From: an uncultured bacterium
GTDB taxonomy: Bacteria; CAYUVA01
Direction: 5' to 3'
Length of the DNA stretch: 62,145 bases
Assembly: GCA_964448115.1 (NCBI GenBank)
Contig: CAYUVA010000023.1
Coordinates: 1 to 62,145, forward strand
In this document: one piece after another, positions 38,684 through 48,910 of the stretch
How the letters are laid out: the number at the start of each line of letters is the position of its first letter
Numbering within the stretch: the first letter of the stretch is position 1
The notes under the pieces: generated by a model
What the model was told of the DNA's origin: nothing
The model's database searches: none
The model's input: the letters and a program-made list of their open reading frames with translations, nothing else
Position numbers and translations under genes: made by a program

Positions 38684-40778
38684 GGAGCTTCTATTCGAGA
38701 TCGGCTTCGAGGAGTATCCCTATACATTCCTTACCGAGACTACAAATGAATTCAAGAGGATATCCATAAGCATCTTTGAGAGGTATCGCTTACAATATAA
38801 GAAACTGGAGACATTCAGCACCCCCAGGCGACTTACCCTTATCATCAGCGGGTTAATGGAGCGCCAGGAGGACACAATAGAAAAGGTTATTGGTCCAAGC
38901 ATAAATATTGCCTACGACAAGGATATGGAGCCGACAAAAGCTTTAATTGGCTTCGTTAGGTCCAAAGGCGCACGGGTAGATGATGTAAAGGTCATGGATA
39001 CATCTAAGGGAAAGCGAATCTATCTTGAAAAACGACTCAAGGGAGAACTTACTTATGATTTACTGCCAACCATGCTTGATCAGATAATAGGGAGCCTAAG
39101 TTTTCCAAAGAGCATGATTTGGCTGCCGGGGAATAAGGTGAGATTCCCTCGCCCCATAAGATGGATTACTGCAATATATGGCAAGAGGGTTATCCCCTTG
39201 AGCTACGCCAACCTAAGCTCCTCCAATATCTCTTATGGACATCGATTCATGGCTCCAGGAGCGTTCAAAGTGGATGATATAGCCAGTTATCATGATGAGC
39301 TTGAGCAACGATTCGTTATTTTGGACCCAGAGGCTAGAAGGAGATTGATCTCAAGGGTGGTGAAAACCCAGGCGAGCAGGAAAAATCTGATTCCTCTGCT
39401 GGATGATCAACTTTTGCAGATCCTGGTAAATCTGGTCGAACATCCAGTAGTCCTGCCGGGAGAGTTTGATGAGAGATTCCTCAGCCTCCCTAGGGAGGTG
39501 CTGATCACGCCGATGAAGGACTACCAGGACTATATACCGGTTGTGGACGAGCAAGGCAACCTGAAACCGATATTCTTTTTCGTCTCCAATATCAGGGTTT
39601 CAAATCCATCTGCGATCATCGCTGGCAACGAGATGGTGCTGCGCGCAAGGCTCGAGGATGCTATGTTCTTTTATAACTCGGATCGTAAGGTGAAACTTGC
39701 CGATCGCATCAATTCTCTAAACAACATTGTTTACCACGAGGAGCTAGGCTCTGTCTTTGACAAGACGCAAAGGATAATCAAGCTGTGCGAGTCCATTATG
39801 GGCGATTTGAAGAATAATGGATATGAAATAGATGGTATCTGTGATGATGTCCTAAGGGCTGCCTTGTTGTGTAAGGCTGATCTGACAACCGACATGGTGA
39901 AGGAATTCCCCTCTCTGCAAGGTTATATGGGTTCTATATATGCAATCGATTCCGGGGAGTCCCGGGCGGTTGCTGACTGCATTCAAGAGCATTATCTTCC
40001 ACGATTTTCAGAGGATAAACTGCCAGGGTCGCTTGCCGGATGCATTCTATCGATCGCCGACAAGATCGATAACATCATGGGCATGTTCATACTCGGCAAG
40101 CAGCCGACAGGGACCATGGATGCCTATGGAGTCCGCAGACAGGCTATCGGCATTATCAGGATACTTCTGGACAAGAAGATTAGACTGGATCTGAGGAATC
40201 CCTTGCGTTGCTCGCTCAAGTTATTCTCCGAGCTTTTCTTGGAGGATAAAAAAGAGCTTATACAACATCTTATCGATTTCTTCTTCGCCAGGCTGAAGAA
40301 CCACTTTGCAAATCTTGATTACAGGGCTGACTTCATAGATGCGGTGCTGTCTTCAAATGTGCTGGATCCGGTGGACCTGCACGATCGTATAGACAAGCTG
40401 ACCCGCTTTTTCACCCGCCGGGACTTTGTACCGCTGGCTATTGCCTTTAAGAGGGTGCAGCGGATACTGCCCCTTGGTAAGACCTTCAATGAGCCTTCGA
40501 TTAGGCTTTTGGAGGAAAAAGCCGAGACCAGGCTATATGATCGCTTTGTAAGCGCTAAAAGAGCTTGCGATGATTTTCTCGAAAAGAGGGCTTATATAAG
40601 CTACCTGGAGGAGGTTGCGCGACTTAGACCGTTCATCGATGATTTCTTCGATGATGTCATGGTGATGGTCGATGATGAGGCGTTGCGTGAGAACCGATTG
40701 GCTTTACTTTTCGCCATTGCCAATAACTTTATGAAATTTGCGGATTTCACAAGGCTACAGGTCTCGCTTGAGGAATAA
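38676..40778 (+). CDS. glyS: Glycine-tRNA ligase beta subunit
   Basis: [45 protein letters not shown]; follows glyQ. Confidence 0.96.
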   Translation: MPKELLFEIGFEEYPYTFLTETTNEFKRISISIFERYRLQYKKLETFSTPRRLTLIISGLMERQEDTIEKVIGPSINIAYDKDMEPTKALIGFVRSKGARVDDVKVMDTSKGKRIYLEKRLKGELTYDLLPTMLDQIIGSLSFPKSMIWLPGNKVRFPRPIRWITAIYGKRVIPLSYANLSSSNISYGHRFMAPGAFKVDDIASYHDELEQRFVILDPEARRRLISRVVKTQASRKNLIPLLDDQLLQILVNLVEHPVVLPGEFDERFLSLPREVLITPMKDYQDYIPVVDEQGNLKPIFFFVSNIRVSNPSAIIAGNEMVLRARLEDAMFFYNSDRKVKLADRINSLNNIVYHEELGSVFDKTQRIIKLCESIMGDLKNNGYEIDGICDDVLRAALLCKADLTTDMVKEFPSLQGYMGSIYAIDSGESRAVADCIQEHYLPRFSEDKLPGSLAGCILSIADKIDNIMGMFILGKQPTGTMDAYGVRRQAIGIIRILLDKKIRLDLRNPLRCSLKLFSELFLEDKKELIQHLIDFFFARLKNHFANLDYRADFIDAVLSSNVLDPVDLHDRIDKLTRFFTRRDFVPLAIAFKRVQRILPLGKTFNEPSIRLLEEKAETRLYDRFVSAKRACDDFLEKRAYISYLEEVARLRPFIDDFFDDVMVMVDDEALRENRLALLFAIANNFMKFADFTRLQVSLEE

Positions 40779-40859
40779 TTGAAATATATCGATTTGGAGC
40801 ATTGTTTTCGAGTGATACGAGATGAAAATGGATAAGTTAGAAAAGGAGGATTACTCTCA

Positions 40860-43670
40860 ATGAGCAAGAGTTATGTCTATACTTTTAGTGTGAATAATGC
40901 ACAGGGAAACGCCAAGATGAGGGATCTTCTCGGCGGAAAGGGGGCTAATCTAGCTGAAATGGCTAACCTGGGCATGAATGTCCCGCCGGGATTCACCATA
41001 ACAACCGAGGCATGCATTGATTACTTCAGAAACGATAAAAAATTGCCTGAGTCGCTCTGGGAACAGGTGCTAAAGGGCATTGCTGATACAGAGAAGGTTG
41101 TGGGCAGGAAATTTGGCGACAAGGAAAATCCTCTGCTATTCTCGGTTCGTTCCGGTGCCAAGTTCTCCATGCCCGGCATGATGGATACCATCCTTAACAT
41201 CGGATTGAACGATGAGAATATGGGGGGATTTATCAGGTACGCAGGCAACGAACGAACTCCCTGGGACTGTTATCGCCGCTTGATAACCATGTTCGGCGAT
41301 GTGGCTTGCGGGGTTGATCGGAAACTTTTCGAGAAAGCCCTTGAGGAAAAGAAGAAGGCAAATGAGGTCAAATACGATGCCGAACTTGGCGCAGAAGCTC
41401 TTAGGGAACTGGTCGATGAGTACAAGAATATCTTCAAGGAGCAGACCGGATACGAGTTTCCGCAAGATCCATACGAGCAGCTTCAGAAGGCTATCGATGC
41501 TGTATTTGACTCCTGGAATAACCCGCGAGCGGTGAAATATCGCCGTATTCATGGACTCCCGGATGACATGGGCACCGCGGTCAATGTTCAGACCATGGTG
41601 TTCGGCAACCTGGATTATCGCTCTGGAACCGGGGTCGCCTTCACGCGCAATCCATCGACCGGGGAGAACAAATTCTATGGCGAATTCTTAATCAATGCCC
41701 AGGGAGAGGATGTTGTCGCAGGTATCAGAACACCGCAGCCGATCGAGGCGCTCAAGGAGATCCTCCCCGAACCTTATGAACAGCTTGTCAGCATCCATAA
41801 GAGGCTGGAACAACACTATAAGGATATGCAGGATATGGAGTTCAGCATCGAGAAGGGAGTGCTTTATATCTTGCAGACCAGAAACGGTAAGCGGACCGGC
41901 TTGGCTGCGATTAAGATTGCCCTTGATATGCTCGATGAGGGGCTTATTGACGAGAAGACAGCCTTTACCAGGATCCATGGCGACCATCTAAATATGATCC
42001 TGCATGACATCTTTCCCCCGGTTGATATTATCAAAAATAAGCTGAATTCAGGGGCTGATCCTGAGAAGATAGCTGCCGAGTTTCGCTTGGATCTACCTGA
42101 TCTAATCTCCAAGTATAATATGAGTCCTACCGATTTGGTGGAAACCATCTACCGGGCTAAAAAGATAGCAAAAGGTTTGCCGGCAAGCCCCGGCGCTGCC
42201 TCAGGAAAGGTCGTTTTCACCGCTGATCAAGCCGAGGCAGCCAAAAAGCGTGGAGAAAAGGTGATTCTGGTTCGCCATGAGACCTCAGCCGAGGATATGG
42301 GTGGAATGCACGCTGCTGTTGGAATTCTTACCGCGAGGGGGGGAATGACCTCTCATGCAGCGGTGGTTGCCAGGGGAATGGGAAAATGTTGCGTGGCTGG
42401 AAGCCAGGATATTATCATCGATAACAAGGGCAAGACATTCTTGGCCAGGGGAGAAACGGTTAAAGAGGGAGATTATATCTCTCTGGATGGCAATACTGGT
42501 GAGGTTTACCTTGGATTTCTGCCTGCTGTCGAGTCAGAGGTTCCCCAGGTGCTCGGCGGCATAAAAAATGAGGAGGATTCCGAGATATACCGCTTGTACA
42601 AAAGGGTGATGGAATGGGCAGATAAGAACAAGAGACTGGGAGTCAGAACCAATGCCGAAACGCCTAGAGATACCGAGATGGCTCTTAAATTCGGCGCTGA
42701 AGGGATAGGGCTTTGCAGAACAGAGCACATGTTCTTTGGTCCCGAGGAGGAGCGCATCCTCCATTTTAGAGAGATGATCCTATCGAATGACACCCAGGAG
42801 AGAATCAAAGCACTTGAAAAACTCAAGCCATATCAAAAATCGGACTTCAAGAAGCTGTTTCGCATAATGAAAGGACTGCCGGTAACCATCAGGCTGTTGG
42901 ATCCACCGCTGCACGAGTTCGTCCCCATCGATGATGGATCGATCAAAGAGCTTGCAGACTATCTCAAGATCGACCAGGAAGCTATTCGCAAAAAATTAAC
43001 CGCACTGGAGGAATCGAACCCGATGATGGGACATCGAGGTTGCCGATTAACCATTTCCTATCCTGAGATCCTGGATATGCAGGCAAGTGCAATACTAGAG
43101 GCAGCCATAGAGCTTGCTGATGAAGGCATCAAGGTATTGCCAGAGATAATGATTCCGCTTGTGGGCATAAAAAGCGAGATGGTTACACTCAAGGACAGGG
43201 TCGATAAGGTTGCAAAAGATCTCTTTCAACGCTATGGTAAAAGTGTAGATTACACAGTGGGAGCTATGATGGAGCTGCCTAGGGCATGCCTGGTCGCTGA
43301 TGATATAGCTGAGGTCGCCGAATTCTTCTCCTTCGGAACGAATGACCTGACACAGATGACCTTTGGATTCAGCAGGGACGATGCAGGGGTATTCCTCGAT
43401 AATTACCTGGAGGAGGGGCTTTTGCAATATAGCCCCTTCGAGACCCTGGATACCACTGGAGTTGGACAGCTTATCAAGATAGGGATAGAGAAGGGAAGAG
43501 AAGTAAAGCCAAGGCTAAAGATAGGGATCTGCGGTGAACATGGCGGTGATCCGAAATCAGTGGAATTTTGTCATAGCGTTAACATGGATTATGTGAGCTG
43601 TTCGCCATATCGCATCCCCATAGCCAGGCTGCACGCAGCCATAGCAAATGTTAGGGAGAAAGACGAATAA
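40860..43670 (+). CDS. ppdK: Pyruvate, phosphate dikinase
   Basis: LLGGKGANLAEM, SMPGMMDT, GGMTSHAAVVARG (phospho-His), FSFGTNDLTQ, GICGEHGGDP. Confidence 0.98.
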   Translation: MSKSYVYTFSVNNAQGNAKMRDLLGGKGANLAEMANLGMNVPPGFTITTEACIDYFRNDKKLPESLWEQVLKGIADTEKVVGRKFGDKENPLLFSVRSGAKFSMPGMMDTILNIGLNDENMGGFIRYAGNERTPWDCYRRLITMFGDVACGVDRKLFEKALEEKKKANEVKYDAELGAEALRELVDEYKNIFKEQTGYEFPQDPYEQLQKAIDAVFDSWNNPRAVKYRRIHGLPDDMGTAVNVQTMVFGNLDYRSGTGVAFTRNPSTGENKFYGEFLINAQGEDVVAGIRTPQPIEALKEILPEPYEQLVSIHKRLEQHYKDMQDMEFSIEKGVLYILQTRNGKRTGLAAIKIALDMLDEGLIDEKTAFTRIHGDHLNMILHDIFPPVDIIKNKLNSGADPEKIAAEFRLDLPDLISKYNMSPTDLVETIYRAKKIAKGLPASPGAASGKVVFTADQAEAAKKRGEKVILVRHETSAEDMGGMHAAVGILTARGGMTSHAAVVARGMGKCCVAGSQDIIIDNKGKTFLARGETVKEGDYISLDGNTGEVYLGFLPAVESEVPQVLGGIKNEEDSEIYRLYKRVMEWADKNKRLGVRTNAETPRDTEMALKFGAEGIGLCRTEHMFFGPEEERILHFREMILSNDTQERIKALEKLKPYQKSDFKKLFRIMKGLPVTIRLLDPPLHEFVPIDDGSIKELADYLKIDQEAIRKKLTALEESNPMMGHRGCRLTISYPEILDMQASAILEAAIELADEGIKVLPEIMIPLVGIKSEMVTLKDRVDKVAKDLFQRYGKSVDYTVGAMMELPRACLVADDIAEVAEFFSFGTNDLTQMTFGFSRDDAGVFLDNYLEEGLLQYSPFETLDTTGVGQLIKIGIEKGREVKPRLKIGICGEHGGDPKSVEFCHSVNMDYVSCSPYRIPIARLHAAIANVREKDE

Positions 43671-43885
43671 AGGAGCTTACCACAGTCTTTGGTGAACTTG
43701 AGATGGTCGTCTTGAGGGCTTTTTTACAAAGCCATGGCATCACCATTCATAGGCAAGGAAGCCTTGTGCAGTCAGTACATCCGATTAGCATCAACGGACT
43801 AGGCAAGATTAAGATCTTTGTCGATGATGATGACTACGAAAAGGCAAAAGAACTCCTCAAGGAGTATGAGCATGGAGAACGATAG
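43667..43885 (+). CDS. DUF2007 (PII-like putative signal transducing) protein, probably with an AUA start
   Basis: IKELTTVFGELEMVVLRAFLQSHGI...GLGKIKIFVDDDDYEKAKELL; in-frame TAG at 43652; first ATG at 43703. Confidence 0.65.
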   Translation: MKELTTVFGELEMVVLRAFLQSHGITIHRQGSLVQSVHPISINGLGKIKIFVDDDDYEKAKELLKEYEHGER

Positions 43886-44795
43886 ACGATCTGATAATTT
43901 ATTCAATGAGCCAACAACCGCCACCGAATCTCCAGAAGCCTCCATAGCCAAACTAACCTATGAGGGATTAGAGCAATTCAAGAACAACCAGGTGCAGGCA
44001 TCGTTGAACACCTGGAAGCGTGTCATCAAGATAGACCAGTTCAACCAGGAGGCTTTGTTTTACATTAGAGAAGGCTTTGCCGAGGCTGAGAAACGAAGCA
44101 TGATCGCCAAGCTGCTCGGGATCAGCAGCACCGCAATCGAAGAGGAAAAACCGCTCAAGGCACTGGTCTATGCACTGATGGTGCGCGGACTGGACAGGAA
44201 AAGCGTGCTCGCCAATAGAAATATCCTTATGGCAATGGATATGCTCAAGGGAGAAGTCAAGGACAAGCTTTATTACCAAAACAAGGCAGAAGATTACAAT
44301 CCTAACCTTGAGCGAGATAGGGGCGAAAAGGATGGCGAAATGGTGGACTCCCAGGCTGGAATTCCACTGTTAAATCCTGATGATATAGACATTGAAAAAG
44401 TGAGGGAATTGGAGGAAAAAGGCATGTTGGAAAGCGCACATGCTGCTTGTCAAATATTGGCTGAAAAAAAGCCCCAAGACCTGTTGATAAAAGATAAGCT
44501 CAATAAGCTCAAGGAAAGGCTCGAAGAAAAATACTTAAACAGACTAGGTGGCTTATTAAAATACCCGGTAAAAAAGGATATCGATAAGTTCGAGATCTTC
44601 AAACATAATCTCCCCATCGAGGAAAAATATATATACTCGATGATCAATGGAAGGAAAAAGGTAAAATCGATCATCAAGGCAAGCAGCCTGGCGGAGATCG
44701 ATATTCTTAAAATACTGGATAGGTTTGCAAGAAAAGGATTCATAGAGATGCGTGATGAAAAACAACCAAAGGAGCAAGGAGACGATGGTAAATAA
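43872..44795 (+). CDS. Hypothetical TPR-like protein with a C-terminal wHTH-like module
   Basis: Helical TPR-like N-terminus (WKRVIKIDQFNQEA); C-terminal LPIEEKYIYSMINGRKKVKSII...KGFI; AAGGAG RBS. Confidence 0.65.
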   Translation: MENDRRSDNLFNEPTTATESPEASIAKLTYEGLEQFKNNQVQASLNTWKRVIKIDQFNQEALFYIREGFAEAEKRSMIAKLLGISSTAIEEEKPLKALVYALMVRGLDRKSVLANRNILMAMDMLKGEVKDKLYYQNKAEDYNPNLERDRGEKDGEMVDSQAGIPLLNPDDIDIEKVRELEEKGMLESAHAACQILAEKKPQDLLIKDKLNKLKERLEEKYLNRLGGLLKYPVKKDIDKFEIFKHNLPIEEKYIYSMINGRKKVKSIIKASSLAEIDILKILDRFARKGFIEMRDEKQPKEQGDDGK

Positions 44796-45387
44796 ACTCT
44801 CAAAGATAATTATACTCGTCTTAGCCATACCAATCTTATGTATAGGAGACAATGCAGAGTATGCCTATGCCCAAGATGAAAAGCCATCTGATGAGAAACT
44901 CAAGGAGATAAATGGCTATATCGATACAATGATTCAAGCCATTGAGCAGAATAACACCCCGATGAGAAATCGCATGTTCATCAAGCTCCGAGTGGTCGGT
45001 AACCAAGCTGTACCAGCGCTGCTTGAGCGATTGGAGGAAAAGCAAAAACCAGGCGTAAAGGAATACATCGCATTTACCCTCGGCTGGCTTAATGACCCCA
45101 AGGCGCAACCAGCTTTAATCAAGATGCTCAAAGAGGGTAACAACACGGAGATTATAGCTGCTGCCAAGGCACTGGGACAGATGCAAGCCACCCAAGCGAC
45201 AGATTTATTGATAGATAAGCTGCAACATAAAGATCCCAAGATCCGAAGAGAGATGGCTTACGCACTCGGCTTGATGCGGGACAAGAAAGCGTTCGAGCCT
45301 CTTAAAAAACTTATACAAGGGGATGAGGATGAGCTTGTGCGCTTCTTCGCAAAGGATGCAATCGAGCGCATCGAGACCGGCTGGTAA
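44785..45387 (+). CDS. Exported HEAT/PBS-lyase repeat protein
   Basis: Signal peptide (..AYA-Q); AVPALLERL, AAAKALG, IRREMAYALG, VRFFAKDAIERI repeats. Confidence 0.85.
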   Translation: MVNKLSKIIILVLAIPILCIGDNAEYAYAQDEKPSDEKLKEINGYIDTMIQAIEQNNTPMRNRMFIKLRVVGNQAVPALLERLEEKQKPGVKEYIAFTLGWLNDPKAQPALIKMLKEGNNTEIIAAAKALGQMQATQATDLLIDKLQHKDPKIRREMAYALGLMRDKKAFEPLKKLIQGDEDELVRFFAKDAIERIETGW

Positions 45388-45472
45388 CCGTTTGACCGTA
45401 TTATTGCAGGTTCAACTTGGAGAAGATATGGCATGAATCATGTAAAAAGATATCCTTTACAACAGCAACGAG

Positions 45473-46594
45473 TTACCTGGTTTTATTTAATATGCCTTCA
45501 AAAATCTCTTCTGCTATCATTATGTGCCCCTGACGATTGGGGTGCACATCATCCAGCAAAATCGACTCCAACCGATTCTTAGTCCCTGTTTCAACAGGGC
45601 TTAGGCGATCGAGCAGTTCACTCCGAAGGTCGATATAGATACCGTCGAAGCTGCGGTTTATCTCTGAAAATAAAGGATTGATGTAATTGTAGATACCATC
45701 ATGGAAGCAAATATTACAGATGACGGTCTCCTTACCTTTTGCCTTCATGTCGGATGCGATCTCCAGGTGCCCCCTAACGAACTCTTCAGCCGAGGTTCGT
45801 AGAGGAAGCTCATTGGGGTTCGAGGCTGCACGGTTGCTATGCAAGCCCCCTTTTATTCGCAATAGCAGGTATTTTAACAGCTTGTAGCACTCAAATCTCC
45901 CAAGCGTAAAGGTCAATCCCCCAATTATCGTGCTGTTATAGCGCATTATCTGGTCATCCGAGCGCCCCATGGCGTACCAGTCATTGTCTCCGAAGGCTAG
46001 AATCACCATATCAGGCTCAAAGGATCGAGCTACCCTGCGATAGAACTCCAAGCCCTGGCGCAGGCTGTATCCAGGCACACCGCAATTGATGACCTCGTAA
46101 TGTCCTGACTCCCTTTGGTTGAGCATCTGTTCCAATCGTTGCGGAAAGGGATCGATGCGCCTGATGTTGTATCCGAAGCCGAAGGTGCAGGAATCCCCCA
46201 GGCACATTATCCGATAGATGCCCTCTGGTTTGCTGCGAGTGATCTCCTTGTTGCGAAAGCCATGAGAGTTGGTCTTCACATCATGAACTGGGCTTTTTAC
46301 CGACTTTGGCATCGGGGGCAGGCGATAGTTCTCCTTGAGCCGCCAAAGAAGAAATCGATCCGGCTTGAAGATGAAATATGCCTTTTTGCTTGGATGCACA
46401 AAGAGATTAGCGCCCATGACGCTGCCGGAGATGAACTCATCGCTTGCCCTCAGATCGCCCCTAAAAGGGACTTGTTGATAAAAGCCGAGATACACCAGGC
46501 GAAGAGCAACTTCGAGCACGACTAGGCATACAACCACTATGAGAATGCCTGCCAACGAGGAGGTGATTTTTAGAGTATGACCAGATGGTAGCAA
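45473..46594 (-). CDS. Membrane-anchored SGNH/GDSL hydrolase
   Basis: N-terminal TM; TNSHGFR, CLGDSCTFG, INCGVPGYS, FGDND, DDVHPNRQGH. Confidence 0.9.
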   Translation of the reverse strand: MLPSGHTLKITSSLAGILIVVVCLVVLEVALRLVYLGFYQQVPFRGDLRASDEFISGSVMGANLFVHPSKKAYFIFKPDRFLLWRLKENYRLPPMPKSVKSPVHDVKTNSHGFRNKEITRSKPEGIYRIMCLGDSCTFGFGYNIRRIDPFPQRLEQMLNQRESGHYEVINCGVPGYSLRQGLEFYRRVARSFEPDMVILAFGDNDWYAMGRSDDQIMRYNSTIIGGLTFTLGRFECYKLLKYLLLRIKGGLHSNRAASNPNELPLRTSAEEFVRGHLEIASDMKAKGKETVICNICFHDGIYNYINPLFSEINRSFDGIYIDLRSELLDRLSPVETGTKNRLESILLDDVHPNRQGHIMIAEEIFEGILNKTR

Positions 46595-46612
46595 TTTTAT
46601 GTTGCGAGGTAG

Positions 46613-47044
46613 TTATGCCTTGATCTTTTCAGGTTTTTTGGATGTTTTCTTGGTCTTTTTCTTCTTTGGTTGCCTTGTATCAGAGTTTGTTCCCTTAATA
46701 TGACCTAGTGCATAAGAGATTAGCGAAACCAGTAACTGGTTGAGGCTCACCTCCTGTAGCTCGGCCAGGTAGGCACAATCTCTATGCAGCCAGGTCGGCA
46801 TCCTAAGCACCAGTTTCCCAGAGTATTCTGGCGATAGCACCGTCGGCTTGGGGAGCTCCTTGCCCAGCTTTTCCAGAGCACCAAGATAAGAGCCTAGAGC
46901 ATCATCGATGTTTCCTATTGCCTCCTCAAGCGTATCACCGTGCGTATTACAACCCGGCAGGTCAGGCCAGATAATGTGATATCCATCTTCATCCATTACA
47001 ACGATGAATGGATACTCGTGATTCCTATTCATATCTTCTTTCAT
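46613..47044 (-). CDS. hicB: HicB antitoxin
   Basis: WPDLPGCNTHGDTLEEAI...LPKP + YSGKLVLRMPTWLH...VSLNQL (RHH domain). Confidence 0.93.
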   Translation of the reverse strand: MKEDMNRNHEYPFIVVMDEDGYHIIWPDLPGCNTHGDTLEEAIGNIDDALGSYLGALEKLGKELPKPTVLSPEYSGKLVLRMPTWLHRDCAYLAELQEVSLNQLLVSLISYALGHIKGTNSDTRQPKKKKTKKTSKKPEKIKA

Positions 47045-47045
47045 A

Positions 47046-47300
47046 TCATTTTTCCTGTTGGAGATTATCAATAATTACAGCGATTTTTTTAGCATCCCAG
47101 CGATTTATCGAAGAATCTTTTCTATGCTGCTTGACCACTGTGATCTCGACTCTATGAATCGCGTTGTAAAAGGTATAATGACTACCTCTGATATTGACGC
47201 ACGCAAAACCATAGTAATCAAGTATCGCCATCACCTCGCTCCATTGTAGCGTCTGCGGGCGATCCTTCAGCTTCTTTACCAGCTTTTCAATCCGGCTCAT
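47046..47300 (-). CDS. hicA: HicA mRNA-interferase toxin
   Basis: MSRIEKLV...W.EV..IL..YGF...RGSHYTF; directly upstream of hicB. Confidence 0.9.
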   Translation of the reverse strand: MSRIEKLVKKLKDRPQTLQWSEVMAILDYYGFACVNIRGSHYTFYNAIHRVEITVVKQHRKDSSINRWDAKKIAVIIDNLQQEK

Positions 47301-47314
47301 TTGCCTTGCATGAT

Positions 47315-47347
47315 ATTATATATAGTACTATTTAACTACTTTGTCAA
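47315..47347 (-). promoter_or_regulatory. hicAB promoter with a palindromic operator candidate
   Basis: Minus-strand TTGACA (47342-47347), AT-rich -10 region, perfect palindrome ATAGTACTAT at 47322-47331. Confidence 0.45.
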
Positions 47348-47376
47348 GTGCCAATTTGCATTTTTGTAAGCTTTTT

Positions 47377-48411
47377 TTAAGCATCAAGTAACTCCATCAG
47401 ATTCTCAGCCAACTCCAGGCCGGTAAATGACTCCCGGCAATCGGGCTTTTCGCAGGTGCGCTTGTAGCAGGGGCTGCAACCAGGATTTTTATATATGACC
47501 CGATGCTGCTCTCCCCAAGGACCATTCCAGAGCGGGGATGATGGACCAAATAGCGCCAAGCAAGGCACCCCTAAAGCCGAGGCTATGTGCATCGGACCCG
47601 TATCTGGGGCGATAAAGACATCGAACCTGCGTATCAGCGAATAAAGCTGGCTCAAAGATGTGCGCGGGGAGAGGACAGCCCTTCTACCTAATAGATCGTT
47701 CAGCCTCTCCACCCTGGCTCTTTCTGGTGGCGTCCAAAGCAATACCGGCACGATTTTTTCGCTGATAACCTCACGCAGGGCTGCTGCATAAGTCTCCACC
47801 GGTATGAGCTTTGTCTCCCAGGCAGCGGCTGCTTGCACGCCGATGACACGCTTGCCGACAAGCCCCTCCTTCTTCCAGAAGCTCTCCGTCGATGCCTCAG
47901 CCAACGGATCCACGGGGATATCGAAGCAGACGTTCGGCGAGACGATGCCAAGCGGGCTCAGCAAACGAAGGTTCTTCTCGATGACATGGCTATCTCGTGG
48001 CGGATAGACATGGTAGTTGTTCAGGTGGCAGCTTACGGCTTCTCGGCACGAGTCCCGCTCAAATCCGATGCGTAGCCTTGCCCCGCTGAGCCATGCAATG
48101 GATGCGCTTTTGATTAAACCCTGGGGATCGATTGTTATATCAGGATTGAAATCACGCAATACACGAACCGATGCGCCAATATCCTTGATGACTGGCAATA
48201 GTTTTCTTTTCTTTAGATCATAGCGCCATTGTTTAGTATCCAGGGCGATCACACGGTCGATGTTCTTATGTCCTCGAATTAACGGCTCAAAGCGTTTTTC
48301 CACCGCCCAGGCTATCTTTGCATCAGAAAAGCCCCGGCGCAGCGGATGCAACAAGGGCAATGACAGGATGATATCCCCAAGTGAAGAAAGCCTGACTATG
48401 AGAATGTTCAA
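47377..48411 (-). CDS. waaC: LPS heptosyltransferase I (GT9)
   Basis: ILIVRLSSLGDII, IDPQGLIKSA, DTGPMHIASALGVP..ALFGP. Confidence 0.85.
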   Translation of the reverse strand: MNILIVRLSSLGDIILSLPLLHPLRRGFSDAKIAWAVEKRFEPLIRGHKNIDRVIALDTKQWRYDLKKRKLLPVIKDIGASVRVLRDFNPDITIDPQGLIKSASIAWLSGARLRIGFERDSCREAVSCHLNNYHVYPPRDSHVIEKNLRLLSPLGIVSPNVCFDIPVDPLAEASTESFWKKEGLVGKRVIGVQAAAAWETKLIPVETYAAALREVISEKIVPVLLWTPPERARVERLNDLLGRRAVLSPRTSLSQLYSLIRRFDVFIAPDTGPMHIASALGVPCLALFGPSSPLWNGPWGEQHRVIYKNPGCSPCYKRTCEKPDCRESFTGLELAENLMELLDA

Positions 48412-48893
48412 GAACTGTTCCCCCGGCTCTCGGATAATCTTAATACTCGCTGCCTGGCAAGTAGCTCATTTAAATGGTTTTTTACTTTATAAAGGCTGAT
48501 TGATTTTTCCCCAAGAGCCAAAGCCAACCCGCCCGGATCATTACCTGGAAGGCGCACAGTGATATCTTGCATGGCAGATAGCTTATCCAAGTGCTTCAGT
48601 TCATCTAAAAGCACTGCCATATCGACAACCTCAAGGTAGCCTACCAGCTCCATGCGATCTGCCTCTGATAAGATCGGTTCATAGCCATCAAGCAGCGATC
48701 TTCCCAGCTTGGAGCTATACACGAGGACGAACAGGTAGTCCCCAAGCGCCTTGCATTCTTCGAGGTATTCCAGATGGGTAATGTTGAGTATATCGAATGC
48801 GCCAAGTGCTATGCAGACTTTGCTGCCTTGCTGCGCTAGTTGGCTTACCTGTTCGAGTGCTTGTTCTATCGATTTAGTTTTTTGTTCGGACAA
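48408..48893 (-). CDS. Degenerate RfaE/HldE-type adenylyltransferase (cytidylyltransferase-like fold)
   Basis: GAFDILNITHLEYLEECKALGDYLFVLVYS...PILSEADRMELVGYLEVVD; HxGH reads NITH; overlaps waaC. Confidence 0.65.
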   Translation of the reverse strand: MSEQKTKSIEQALEQVSQLAQQGSKVCIALGAFDILNITHLEYLEECKALGDYLFVLVYSSKLGRSLLDGYEPILSEADRMELVGYLEVVDMAVLLDELKHLDKLSAMQDITVRLPGNDPGGLALALGEKSISLYKVKNHLNELLARQRVLRLSESRGNSS

Positions 48894-48910
48894 AGGGCTT
48901 GCTCGCGAGA

